From: Pseudomonadota bacterium
Lineage (GTDB): Bacteria > Myxococcota_A > UBA9042 > GCA-2863065
NCBI GenBank assembly: GCA_005776585.1
Contig: SXOX01000036.1
Span: 1,176-65,175 of the forward strand
DNA length: 64,000 nucleotides
Reading direction: 5' to 3'
In this document: piece by piece, positions 39,076 through 47,722 of the stretch
Position numbering within the stretch: position 1 is the first letter of the stretch
How the letters are laid out: the number at the start of each line of letters is the position of its first letter
Notes under the pieces: model-generated
The model's input: the letters and a program-made list of their open reading frames with translations, nothing else
The model's database searches: none
Told to the model about the DNA's origin: nothing
Position numbers and translations under genes: made by a program

Positions 39076-39650
39076 TGGAGCACTCCATCTTCGCCATGGA
39101 GCTGTGCTTTCGCCTCGAGCCCGGGAGCGCGCTGCGCGACACGCTGGATCGCCTCGTGCGCAACCATCCCGCCACGTCGTCGGCGAGCCAGAAGTGGACC
39201 CTGTACCGCGACGTGCGCAAGACGCTGGCAACACATATCCAGAGCGCCGTGAGCGGCTGCTGGGACTACTTCGACTCCGACCAGAAGGCGCTCGACGACT
39301 ACGAGACCTGGACGCAGAGCATGGTCACGCGGGAAGGGGCGCGCAAGGCGCCGTCGGGACCGCCCGTGGCGTATGTCGACACCGGTCGGTTTCTGACGTT
39401 CACGATGTGCTTCCTCATCGAGAACGGCGCGCCGTCGGAGCGCGACGTGTTTCGCCTCTGCGATATCCCCGAGGACCGCCTGTGGAGGCGCGAGACGTTC
39501 GCCACCATGCTCCGCGCGCTCGGGGTGCTGAGCTTCGCGTCGGTGCGCTCGGACGTGGTGTACCTCATCCCCGGGGACGCCTCGTGGGCGCTCACGGCAG
39601 ACGACCTGCAGGACCCCAAGTTCCACTACCTTCGCCCGCTCGTTGACTGA
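39075..39650 (+). CDS. Hypothetical protein, possibly DUF1517-like
   Basis: TGATG coupling. The C-terminal LRALG...VVYLIP...LTADDL...YLRPL pattern resembles the DUF1517 end. Confidence 0.55.
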   Translation: MEHSIFAMELCFRLEPGSALRDTLDRLVRNHPATSSASQKWTLYRDVRKTLATHIQSAVSGCWDYFDSDQKALDDYETWTQSMVTREGARKAPSGPPVAYVDTGRFLTFTMCFLIENGAPSERDVFRLCDIPEDRLWRRETFATMLRALGVLSFASVRSDVVYLIPGDASWALTADDLQDPKFHYLRPLVD

Positions 39651-39659
39651 GTACAGACG

Positions 39660-40427
39660 TCAGAACCAGCACTCCCACTGGGGGGCTGAGGCGCTGCGGT
39701 CGACCTCGACGGCGTGGAGCGTGATCGAGATGCGCGGCACGGCGCCGCCAAAGGCCTCGATCTGATGGAGGCGGCGGCTGTCGAATACGACGAGGTCGCC
39801 GGCCCGATAGTCGAGCCGCGCCGAGGGGGCCGCGATCTCCTGGCGGGTCGGGTGGTCGTGCCCGGCATAGCGCACGTCCCATAGCCGCAGCCCGCCGCCC
39901 ATGTGCGCGGGCTGAAGCACGAGCACGAGTGAGAGGGCACGCGCGCCGGTCGCGAGCTGATGCGGGGTCAAGCCCTCGGTGTCGAAATGGACGACGCCGC
40001 CGAGCTCGGCGACCTCGCCACGGGCCGGAAAGACGTGGACGCCCGCGCCGCACCAGCCCGCGCGCGGCCGCACCGGTGCGCCGACGACCGACGCCGCCCA
40101 CGCGCGGAGGTTGGCCTGCATCCCGGGGAGCACCGACTCGACGAGCGCGTCGGAGGCCGCCGCATCGCGAAAGTAGTCCGAGGCGCGCCCGGTCTCGAGG
40201 TGGGTGTAGAACGCCCGACCGAGCGCGAACTGCTCGCCGTCGAAGTCCGCGGTCCACTGCGCCTCGGCTGAAAGCACGCGCCGCACGGCAGTGGTGCACC
40301 GCCGCGCACTCCAGGCTCCACGCAGCACGAGCGCGAGGTGGGACTCGAGCTTCGGCAGAAGCGCTGCGCGCCCAGCCGCGACCCAGGCCGGCAGTGGCAC
40401 GGTGATGGGATTGCCGAGAGTGGCCAA
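39660..40427 (-). CDS. 2OG-Fe(II) oxygenase
   Basis: VHFDTE, GGGLRLW, GDLVVFDS..LHQI and PRISIT. Start uncertain (40400-40466). Confidence 0.8.
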   Translation of the reverse strand: MATLGNPITVPLPAWVAAGRAALLPKLESHLALVLRGAWSARRCTTAVRRVLSAEAQWTADFDGEQFALGRAFYTHLETGRASDYFRDAAASDALVESVLPGMQANLRAWAASVVGAPVRPRAGWCGAGVHVFPARGEVAELGGVVHFDTEGLTPHQLATGARALSLVLVLQPAHMGGGLRLWDVRYAGHDHPTRQEIAAPSARLDYRAGDLVVFDSRRLHQIEAFGGAVPRISITLHAVEVDRSASAPQWECWF

Positions 40428-40480
40428 GGGCGTTAGCCTCGCACCCGCCCAATCTCGGGCCAACATCCTTTGGAGAACCC

Positions 40481-40762
40481 ATGAACCGATTCCTTGCCAC
40501 GTGCCTCTTCGGTCTCGCGATGTCCTTCGGCTCGGTCGCCGCCGCCGAGGACTGCCTCCTTTGCGGCAAAGACAGCGACGGCGCCTGCGCCGGAGCCCAG
40601 CAGTGTCGTGGCACGCGCGAGTCGTGCCGGAAGAGCGGCTGTAAGATCGGCGGAACGGCCTCCTGTTCGACGGCGGCCAACGTGAAGATCTGCTCGAACT
40701 TCCAGCCAGAGTCGATCCCGCAGATGTCGCTCGCGCCCGCCTTCGAGATGTGCCACCGCTAG
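40481..40762 (+). CDS. Small secreted Cys-rich peptide
   Basis: Signal peptide ending AAA, 8 Cys within about 47 aa of the mature part, RBS GGAG. Confidence 0.7.
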   Translation: MNRFLATCLFGLAMSFGSVAAAEDCLLCGKDSDGACAGAQQCRGTRESCRKSGCKIGGTASCSTAANVKICSNFQPESIPQMSLAPAFEMCHR

Positions 40763-40776
40763 CAACGTCGTCCCAG

Positions 40777-41130
40777 CTAGCTGAGCCGGAGTGCGCCGAT
40801 CACCGCGAGCACGCAGCCCGCGATGACGGCGCACCATCCGCCCGCACCCACCAGGAACCACGGCATCACGTCCGGGCGCTCGTCGTCCTCCAGCGACGCG
40901 TGCAGCCGCGTCGGGTGCCAGTACCAGCGCGGCGGGAGCGCGTCGCGCGCCTCCAGTACCGCGGCGAGGCGTGCGTGGTAGACGATCGCCGCCGGCAGTC
41001 CGACGACCAGGCCCAGCACGACGAGCACCGCGCCCGTGCCCAGCAGCGCGCCAAACGCAAAGAGCTGTGAGACCGCCGCGAGCGCGATCAACGCGACGAC
41101 GAGGCCCAGAGCCAGGAGACCTTCCCGCAC
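40777..41130 (-). CDS. Small membrane protein
   Basis: Three hydrophobic helices and a WYWHPTRLH motif. Confidence 0.6.
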   Translation of the reverse strand: MREGLLALGLVVALIALAAVSQLFAFGALLGTGAVLVVLGLVVGLPAAIVYHARLAAVLEARDALPPRWYWHPTRLHASLEDDERPDVMPWFLVGAGGWCAVIAGCVLAVIGALRLS

Positions 41131-41231
41131 CCGGAAGGCCTACCGTATTTCGAATCGGGACGCTATTGCCGGGGTCGCGCTCGGAGGGACACGACCTTGC
41201 GACCCCGCCCGGCCTCGGTTAGCTTCGCGCC

Positions 41232-42749
41232 ATGATCCGAGCCCTCCGCCTCGCGTTGCCTCTCCTGCTCCTCGCGACGACTGCCTGGTCCCAGGACCGG
41301 ATGATCATCGACGAGGTCGACCTCCAGAAGTACCTCAAGAACAAAGAGGGGCGCATCCGGTTCTATGTCGACATCCTCGACAAGGACAACCACGTCCTCG
41401 AGAAGCAGGACGAAAGCAAGCTCAAGTTCTTCGTCAACGACGAGGAGTTCAAGACCGAGAAGGAGGGCGGCAAGCTCAAGAGCATCAAGCTCCAGACCTT
41501 CAAGGACGTCGAGGAGCCCATGGCCGTCGGTGTCCTGGTCACCAATTACGGCGGCTTCGTGCCCGCCAACACCGGCGAGCAGAACATGTTCGCGCATGGC
41601 TGCGCGGGACTTCAGGACCTGCTTAAGGAGTTCAAGGGGAGCTTCGACTACTTCGGCATCTGGCTCTACAACGAGAGCGGCCTCCAGGAGAAGAAGCCCT
41701 TCGGCAGCGACCGCGACCGCGCCATCGACGCGCTCGACTCGCTGTCTAAGGAGTTGCCGCCGTCCATGCTCGACCCCGAGGGCGCCAAGAAGGACTCGGG
41801 CGGTCAGACACAGCGGCCCAAGTTCTACCAGTACCTGCTCGAGGCCGTGAAAAAGATGGCCGAGCGCACGGACCTGCCAGCGCGGCGCGTGCTCATCGTC
41901 GTCTCCGACGGCGCGGGCGAGTACGACATCAAGGAAGACAAGAAGATCGACAAGAAGCTCAAGCAGGTCATCGAGGCCGCGCGAGACGCCCGCATCAAGA
42001 TCTTCAGCTTTGGCGCAGCCCTCCAGGGCGACGAGTACCTCACGAAGCTCGAGCAGGTCTCGGCGGAGTCGTTCGGTCTGTCCGAGCGCGCCGAGGAGGC
42101 CGACGAGCTCGAGCGAAAGATCAGCGAGTTCGGCAAGCAGCTCAAGAAGCAGTACGTCATCGACGTCGTGGCTCCGGGCATCCTCCCGGCCGGCAACTGC
42201 AACTTCAAGCTCACGGGCGAGACCGAGAACTCCGAGAAGGTCAGCAATCAGTTTCCGAAGGCGCTCAAGTGCCCGGAGTGGCCGACCGATTGGATGTACT
42301 ACCTCAAGTGGACCGGCATCATCCTGGGCTCGGTCCTGGGTCTGTTCCTGTTCATCTGGCTCATGGTCAAGCTGTTCAAGTGGATGGCGCGGCGGAAGGC
42401 AGAGCGGGTGAGCGCGGCGCCCGTCGAGGTCGAGCAGGTCGTCATCTACGAGGGTCCCGACCGCGGCAAGCTGCGCGTCAAGAGCGGCCCCATGGCCGGC
42501 GAGGTCTTCCCGCTGACCAAGGACATCACGACGCTTGGGCGGCTCGACTCTAACGACATCCAGATCGAGGACGAGTCGGTCAGCAAGCGCCATGCGGGCA
42601 TCAAGATCGAGGACATGAAGTACGAGATCGCCGACTTCGGCTCGACGAGCGGCACGTTCGTCAATGGCCGTAAGATCAACAAGCTCTTCCTCAAGAACGG
42701 CGACGTCGTGAAGCTCGGCAACACCGAGATGGAGTTCACGCTCAAGTAG
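41232..42749 (+). CDS. Signal peptide - VWA-like domain - TM - cytoplasmic FHA protein
   Basis: Signal peptide; RVLIVVSDG and IKIFSFG (VWA-like); TM helix; FHA LGR..SNDI, VSKRH and STSGTFVNG. Confidence 0.85.
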   Translation: MIRALRLALPLLLLATTAWSQDRMIIDEVDLQKYLKNKEGRIRFYVDILDKDNHVLEKQDESKLKFFVNDEEFKTEKEGGKLKSIKLQTFKDVEEPMAVGVLVTNYGGFVPANTGEQNMFAHGCAGLQDLLKEFKGSFDYFGIWLYNESGLQEKKPFGSDRDRAIDALDSLSKELPPSMLDPEGAKKDSGGQTQRPKFYQYLLEAVKKMAERTDLPARRVLIVVSDGAGEYDIKEDKKIDKKLKQVIEAARDARIKIFSFGAALQGDEYLTKLEQVSAESFGLSERAEEADELERKISEFGKQLKKQYVIDVVAPGILPAGNCNFKLTGETENSEKVSNQFPKALKCPEWPTDWMYYLKWTGIILGSVLGLFLFIWLMVKLFKWMARRKAERVSAAPVEVEQVVIYEGPDRGKLRVKSGPMAGEVFPLTKDITTLGRLDSNDIQIEDESVSKRHAGIKIEDMKYEIADFGSTSGTFVNGRKINKLFLKNGDVVKLGNTEMEFTLK

Positions 42750-43155
42750 GGCGCGCCACGCTCCAATCGCGGGCGGTGATGAGGGCGCGAACGTGCGCCT
42801 CGATAGTGTCCCGGATGGCGCGCACGGTCTCCATCGGCTGGCCCTTGGGGTCCGGTAGTGGCCAGTCGTCGCGCTCGAGGCCGGGGATGACCGGACACGC
42901 CTCGCCGCAGCCCATCGTCACCAGCAGCGCGGCTTGGGACGCGAGCTCCGGCGTCAAGCGCGTCGGCCGGACGTCCGCGAGATCGATGCCGCGCTCGCGC
43001 ATCGCCTCGACGACGACCGGATGCACCTGCGTCCCCGGCTCCGTCCCGGCCGAGAGCGCGCGCGCACGGCTGGGGTCTACGAGCGCGTTGAAGAACGCGC
43101 CCGCCATCTGCGAACGACCGGCGTTGTGGACACACGCGAAGAGCACCAGCGTCAT
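42742..43155 (-). CDS. arsC: Arsenate reductase (LMW-PTP fold)
   Basis: VLFACVHNAGRSQMA, SAGT, TMGCGEACP and DWPLPDP. Confidence 0.93.
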   Translation of the reverse strand: MTLVLFACVHNAGRSQMAGAFFNALVDPSRARALSAGTEPGTQVHPVVVEAMRERGIDLADVRPTRLTPELASQAALLVTMGCGEACPVIPGLERDDWPLPDPKGQPMETVRAIRDTIEAHVRALITARDWSVARPT

Positions 43156-43823
43156 GGGGACCTTTGGCGAAAGAGCCAGCCGGAGAGCGCCATCGCCGCG
43201 ACGGCACCCAGCACCTGAGCCGCGATGAAGCCCGGTGCGTCGATGGGCCGGATGCCGGCGAACGTATCGGTCGCACAGCGCGCGAGGGTCACCGCCGGAT
43301 TGGCGAACGACGTGGAAGACGTGAACCAGTAGGCCGCCGTGACGTACGCCCCCACGGCGTATGGCACGGCCTCGACGCGCGCGCGCACGCAGCCGAAGAT
43401 CGTGAGCAGCAAGCCGAACGTCGCGACGACCTCGCCGGTCCATTCGCCGACTCCGCTCCGCACGTGCCGCGAGGCGAAGAAGAGCGGCTGGTCGAACATC
43501 ACGTGCGCGAGCGCCACGCCGGCGAACGCTCCGGCGAGCTGCGCGCCGCCATAGGCGAGCCCGTCGCGCCACGCGAGCTCGCCGCGCGCCACGAACGCGG
43601 CCGTCACGAGCGGGTTCAGGTGCGCGCCCGACACCGGGCCGAGCGCGAGGATGAGCGCCACGAGCGCGCCGCCCGTGGCCAGCGCGTTGGCCAACAGCGC
43701 TACCGCGACGTTTCCCCCCGCGAGGCGTTCGGCCATGATGCCCGAGCCCACGACCGTCGCGAGGAGAAAGGCCGTGCCGAGCGCCTCGGCCACGGCGCGC
43801 CGACGCCGGTCGAGGGGCGTCAT
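43152..43823 (-). CDS. MIP/aquaporin family arsenite channel (AqpS-like)
   Basis: AEALGTAFLL, SGAHLNP and YWFTSSTSFANPAVT; lies inside the ars operon. Confidence 0.9.
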   Translation of the reverse strand: MTPLDRRRRAVAEALGTAFLLATVVGSGIMAERLAGGNVAVALLANALATGGALVALILALGPVSGAHLNPLVTAAFVARGELAWRDGLAYGGAQLAGAFAGVALAHVMFDQPLFFASRHVRSGVGEWTGEVVATFGLLLTIFGCVRARVEAVPYAVGAYVTAAYWFTSSTSFANPAVTLARCATDTFAGIRPIDAPGFIAAQVLGAVAAMALSGWLFRQRSP

Positions 43824-44242
43824 CCGGCCTGGGCTCCCGCGGGGGCGCAGCAGGTCGTCTTGGGCGGCGCAGGGAGGTCGGCCTTGACGACGAAGACCTC
43901 CCAGGCGTTGCCGTCGGGATCTTCGACCCAGACCTTGTCCTGGACCGCGTAGCAGCACGCGGTGCCCTCCTCGACGCGCACGGGCAACCCCTGCGCCTCG
44001 AACCGCGCGACGGCCTCGGCGACGTCGTCGGACGTGGCGACTTGAATGCCGAAGTGGCTCGCGTTGACGCCAGTGCGCGGCGCCTGCTGCATGGAGAGGT
44101 TCAGCGACGGCACCGCGAGGTCGAACTTCGCGTAGCCGGGCCGGCGCTTGGCCGCCGTCACGCCAAAGGCCTTCTCGTAGAACGCGACCGACGCGTCGAT
44201 GTCGGACACGTTGAGGGACACATGGGGCTTCAGGACGTTCAT
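43820..44242 (-). CDS. ArsI/CadI family VOC metalloprotein
   Basis: HVSLNV, RPGYAKF, HFGIQV and CCYAVQDKVWVEDPDGNAWEVF. Confidence 0.9.
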   Translation of the reverse strand: MNVLKPHVSLNVSDIDASVAFYEKAFGVTAAKRRPGYAKFDLAVPSLNLSMQQAPRTGVNASHFGIQVATSDDVAEAVARFEAQGLPVRVEEGTACCYAVQDKVWVEDPDGNAWEVFVVKADLPAPPKTTCCAPAGAQAG

Positions 44243-44254
44243 GGTCTTCTCCAA

Positions 44255-44587
44255 TCAGCAACAGGGCTTGGAAGCAGGACCTCTGTCATAACCCCTGCCA
44301 CCGCGGCAGCAGTCTTGCCAGAGGTAATCGGTGAGGGCACGCAGCGCCGCGTAGTCCGCGCCGTAGTAGATGAACTTGCCGTCCTGCCGCGCCATCACCA
44401 GCCCCGCCGCGCTGAGGCGCTCCAGGTGGTGGCTGAGCGTGGACCACGGGATGCCGACCGCGCTCTGGATGGTGCCGACGGCCGTGCCCGCCGGATCGCC
44501 CTGGACGACGAGCCGCAGGATGGTGAGCCGCACCGGATGGCCCAAAGCGGCGAGTTGCGAGGCGTGAGCGGAGACTTCGGGGATCAT
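44255..44587 (-). CDS. arsR: ArsR/SmtB transcriptional repressor
   Basis: LAALGHPVRLTI, STLSHHL..L..AGLV, and C-terminal DCC...PCC. Confidence 0.92.
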   Translation of the reverse strand: MIPEVSAHASQLAALGHPVRLTILRLVVQGDPAGTAVGTIQSAVGIPWSTLSHHLERLSAAGLVMARQDGKFIYYGADYAALRALTDYLWQDCCRGGRGYDRGPASKPCC

Positions 44588-44592
44588 CGGCC

Positions 44593-44624
44593 TTCATTTC
44601 TACTTAAGTCGAAATGAAAGTCAA
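44593..44624 (-). promoter_or_regulatory. ArsR operator palindrome overlapping the ars promoter
   Basis: TTCATTTC-t-ACTTAAGT-c-GAAATGAA (44593-44618), AT-rich in a GC-rich context. TTGACT -35 on the minus strand at 44619-44624. Confidence 0.8.
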
Positions 44625-44644
44625 GGCCATCTCGCCAGCGATCG

Positions 44645-44808
44645 AGAGGAGCTCCTGACCCTCGGCCAGGATGCGCACGCAGCGACGCGGAGGGCTCCTC
44701 GAAACGGAAGAGCACGATGCATTTCGCCCCAAAGCGCTCTCGCAACAGCGCGGCCACCCCCGGCAGCCGGGCCCAGAGAAGCGCATGCCGCGCACGCCCG
44801 GCAGACAC
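44645..44808 (-). pseudogene. Remnant of a minimal nucleotidyltransferase (MNT) gene
   Basis: AALLRERFGAKCIVLF joins directly to RFEEPSASLR, and RILAEGQEL lies in another frame. The catalytic GS...DxD core is missing. Confidence 0.55.
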
Positions 44809-44892
44809 GGGGCGTTCGCGGGAGACGGGCGCGAGCGGAGGGCCGCGTGCGTGTGGCGTCGGCCTTCGCCCGCTGTACGCCCCGAGAGCCCG

Positions 44893-47556
44893 TCACTTCG
44901 GGGTGCAGAGCCCGATCGTCCCCTGGCCTGCCTTCAGCGGGACGCAGGTCGCGTTGGCGGCGCACTCCGCGTCGGCGCAGCAGAACTTCACGCACACGCC
45001 GGGGGCGTTGCTGCACGAGTACCCGGCGACGCAGTACGGCCCCGAGGACTGGGAGCAAGCGGCCGCGGGGAGCGCGTCGTTGGGTGGCGGATAGCACTTG
45101 AACGTGCCCGACGCGGTCCGATCGCAGACGAAGCCGAGCCCGCCATCACAGCCAGCGTTCGTCACGGGCATGCACTCGCCATCGTTGGCGGTGAGGCAGG
45201 TCTCGTAACAGCCGATGGAGGGATTGCCGCCCCAACCCGACTTGCAGGCGCACTTCGTGGTTCCGCCGTCGGCGACGCAGATCACGCCCTCGCCGGTGCA
45301 ACCGCCGTTGTTGGGGAGGCACGGGTCGACCGCGCACACCTTGCCATCGCCAGCCCAGCCGGACTTGCAGGTGCACGTGGCGAGCCCGTCCTGGGACGTG
45401 CAGTTCGCCTGCGCGTGACAGCCGCCGTTGTCCTTGAGGCACACGTTGGGGTGGCACACCTTGCCGTCGCCCGTGTAGCCGCTGAGGCAGGTGCACTTCT
45501 CCTTGCCGTCCTCGAGCGCGCCCGTCGCGGCGGGCGCGCAGGCACACGGCGCGAAGACCCCGGTCGTGTTCTGCGCCGAGGCAGAGTGCGGCAGGTACGC
45601 GTTGGGCAGCTTGGGGTCGTAGCCCTCGCCGGCGCGCGCCTCGACCGTCAGCGCATAGTGACGCCCCAGGAGCAGGCTCCCGGCGGGCAGGACGAGTTCG
45701 GTCGCAATCGTGTTGACCGTGAGCACGACGCGCTCGGCGGAGATCACCTTGCCCTGCGCGTCCTTCAGGTCGTCGAGCTCGCGCAGCTGAACGCGGTAGG
45801 CGAACGGCGTGCCTAGCGCGGGCGGGTCGAAGGCCACCGTGAGGCCCGTGCCCACGCCCGTCGTCATCGTCGCCAGCGGAACCGGCTTGCCGTTGACGCG
45901 CAGGTTCCTCGGAAGCCCGATCGTGGGGGCGAGCGCGGTCCCCGAGAGCGTCGCCGCGGGGCCCGTCATGCTGAGATGGCCGCGCACCCGCTGGATGCCC
46001 GTGTCCGCCGGCAGCAACGCCGTGACATCGCCGCGAAAGGCGACCGTGGCGCTCGCGAGGAGCTGACCGAAGTCGAACGGGTTGACGAAGCTGAAGCTCT
46101 GTTCGCGATCGCCCGGGAAGTATAGCTTCTTCTCGGCGCTGCACCCAGCGAGGCACGCGGCCACGTCGCAGCTCCCCGGATTGCACTTCAGGTCCACATA
46201 GGCCTTCTTGGCAGGCACGACCAGCTCGACGAGGGTGGCATAGGCGCCTTTGGCGGGGACGGGTGCGCCGCACTCGAAGAAAACGTCGAATCGGAGTTCG
46301 CCGCTGTGCAACGGCGCCGGCGCCTCGGCGAGCGATGACGCAAAGCTCGCGCCAGCGTACTTCAGCACGAACGACTGCGGGTTCCCGGCCTGGAAGTCGC
46401 CCTCGACGGTGAACGAGCCGCCATCGGTCATCGCGAGCGACGAGGTCGTGAGCCACTCGACGGCGGTGGTATACGAGAACGTGCCCCACGGATCGGAAGC
46501 GAGTGGCGCGGCGGTCTGGACCTCGGTCACCCTCCCGTGGAGGACGGTGAGCGCGTCACCCTTCCCCGACTCGACGAGCGAGCGCATCGCGCCGTGCGCG
46601 GACCCGAGGTACTGGAGCGCGTTCAGCTTCCAGCCCGCGAGCGCGGCATCGCCGTTCTTGGGCGCGCCCGACTGGTGCTCGCCGTCGGGCTGGGTCTGCA
46701 CGCTGCCGGCCGCGTCCGAGCCGCGGCCCATGAAGAACAGCAGGTCCTCGAGCGCGTTGACCACCGTGCCGTCCGGCAGCTCGGCGTAGGTCTTCCACGG
46801 CGCGGTGAGCTTGCCCTTGACGGTCAACCAGGTGGGCTGGGTGATGGCCGTAACGTCAGGTCGGTAGGAGTGGGCGGTGCTGAGGTCGAGCGCGCGCTCG
46901 GAGGTGTCATAGACCGTCAGCGACGGCGAGGCGCCCGGCTGCGACGCGGGTGGGGCGCGCGTGATGACGAGCCGGTAGGGCCCGACGGGCACGCCCGGGA
47001 TGGAAAAGACGCCCGAGACGGGCGCGCTCGCCGGATAGGTCACGGGCTTGCCGTCCACGGTCGCGATCGCGGCCACCGACGTCCAGCCGCTCGTGTCCTC
47101 GGGGACCGAGAGCTTGCCGGCGCCCCAGTCGTGGTGGTTCAGAGCCGTGAGCGTGACGATCGGCGCGCAGGTCTTTCCGTCCCCCTCGAAGCCCGCCTTG
47201 CAGGTGCACTTGGCCGCGCCGGCGGTCGACGCGCAGGTCGCCTTGGCGTCGCAGCCGCCGTTGGCCGCGGCGCAGGGGTCGGGTACGTCGGGGACGTTGG
47301 CGTCGGGGACGTTAGCGTCTGGCAGCGGTGTGTCGGGGACGTTAGCGTCTGGCAGCGGTGTGTCGGGATTGCCCGAGTCCGGAAGCGCGGTCTCCGGAAG
47401 CGCGGTGTCGGACGCGCCCGTGGAGCCGCCGGAGTCCGCCAGAACGTCGTCGATGCCACCCGGAGTGGACGCGGTCGAACCGCCACCGCCGCAGGACGCA
47501 AGGGCGCTCGCGAGCAGAGTCACCAGGGCGGCGCGAAGAGAGAGGAAGCGGCTCAC
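44893..47556 (-). CDS. EGF-repeat surface lipoprotein
   Basis: Lipobox LASC; PD-rich linker; several EGF units (NGGC...C.CK.G..GDGK.C); FN3-like segment; Cys-rich C-terminus. Start 47556 or 47601. Confidence 0.85.
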   Translation of the reverse strand: MSRFLSLRAALVTLLASALASCGGGGSTASTPGGIDDVLADSGGSTGASDTALPETALPDSGNPDTPLPDANVPDTPLPDANVPDANVPDVPDPCAAANGGCDAKATCASTAGAAKCTCKAGFEGDGKTCAPIVTLTALNHHDWGAGKLSVPEDTSGWTSVAAIATVDGKPVTYPASAPVSGVFSIPGVPVGPYRLVITRAPPASQPGASPSLTVYDTSERALDLSTAHSYRPDVTAITQPTWLTVKGKLTAPWKTYAELPDGTVVNALEDLLFFMGRGSDAAGSVQTQPDGEHQSGAPKNGDAALAGWKLNALQYLGSAHGAMRSLVESGKGDALTVLHGRVTEVQTAAPLASDPWGTFSYTTAVEWLTTSSLAMTDGGSFTVEGDFQAGNPQSFVLKYAGASFASSLAEAPAPLHSGELRFDVFFECGAPVPAKGAYATLVELVVPAKKAYVDLKCNPGSCDVAACLAGCSAEKKLYFPGDREQSFSFVNPFDFGQLLASATVAFRGDVTALLPADTGIQRVRGHLSMTGPAATLSGTALAPTIGLPRNLRVNGKPVPLATMTTGVGTGLTVAFDPPALGTPFAYRVQLRELDDLKDAQGKVISAERVVLTVNTIATELVLPAGSLLLGRHYALTVEARAGEGYDPKLPNAYLPHSASAQNTTGVFAPCACAPAATGALEDGKEKCTCLSGYTGDGKVCHPNVCLKDNGGCHAQANCTSQDGLATCTCKSGWAGDGKVCAVDPCLPNNGGCTGEGVICVADGGTTKCACKSGWGGNPSIGCYETCLTANDGECMPVTNAGCDGGLGFVCDRTASGTFKCYPPPNDALPAAACSQSSGPYCVAGYSCSNAPGVCVKFCCADAECAANATCVPLKAGQGTIGLCTPK
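47302..47367. repeat. 30-bp perfect tandem repeat (2.2 copies) encoding PDTPLPDANV
   Basis: GTCGGGGACGTTAGCGTCTGGCAGCGGTGT occurs twice. Confidence 0.9.
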
Positions 47557-47722
47557 AGTCAGCGGGCCGGGTACGAGGGCGAGGGGGCAAAGGGCGCTCA
47601 TCCGTCTTAGTGTGAGGTGTACGAGCAGTGCGGGTCAAACAAGCGCGCGCCAGTGCAACCTCGTGCGCGCGACGCCCAGCGCCAGTTGGCGCGTTCGCCC
47701 CGCCGAGGCACGTCTCGGCCCC

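Noticed and set aside
47280-47410. Short tandem repeats as a contingency locus
   Set aside because: The 15/30-bp units keep the frame and encode an ordinary Pro/Asp linker.
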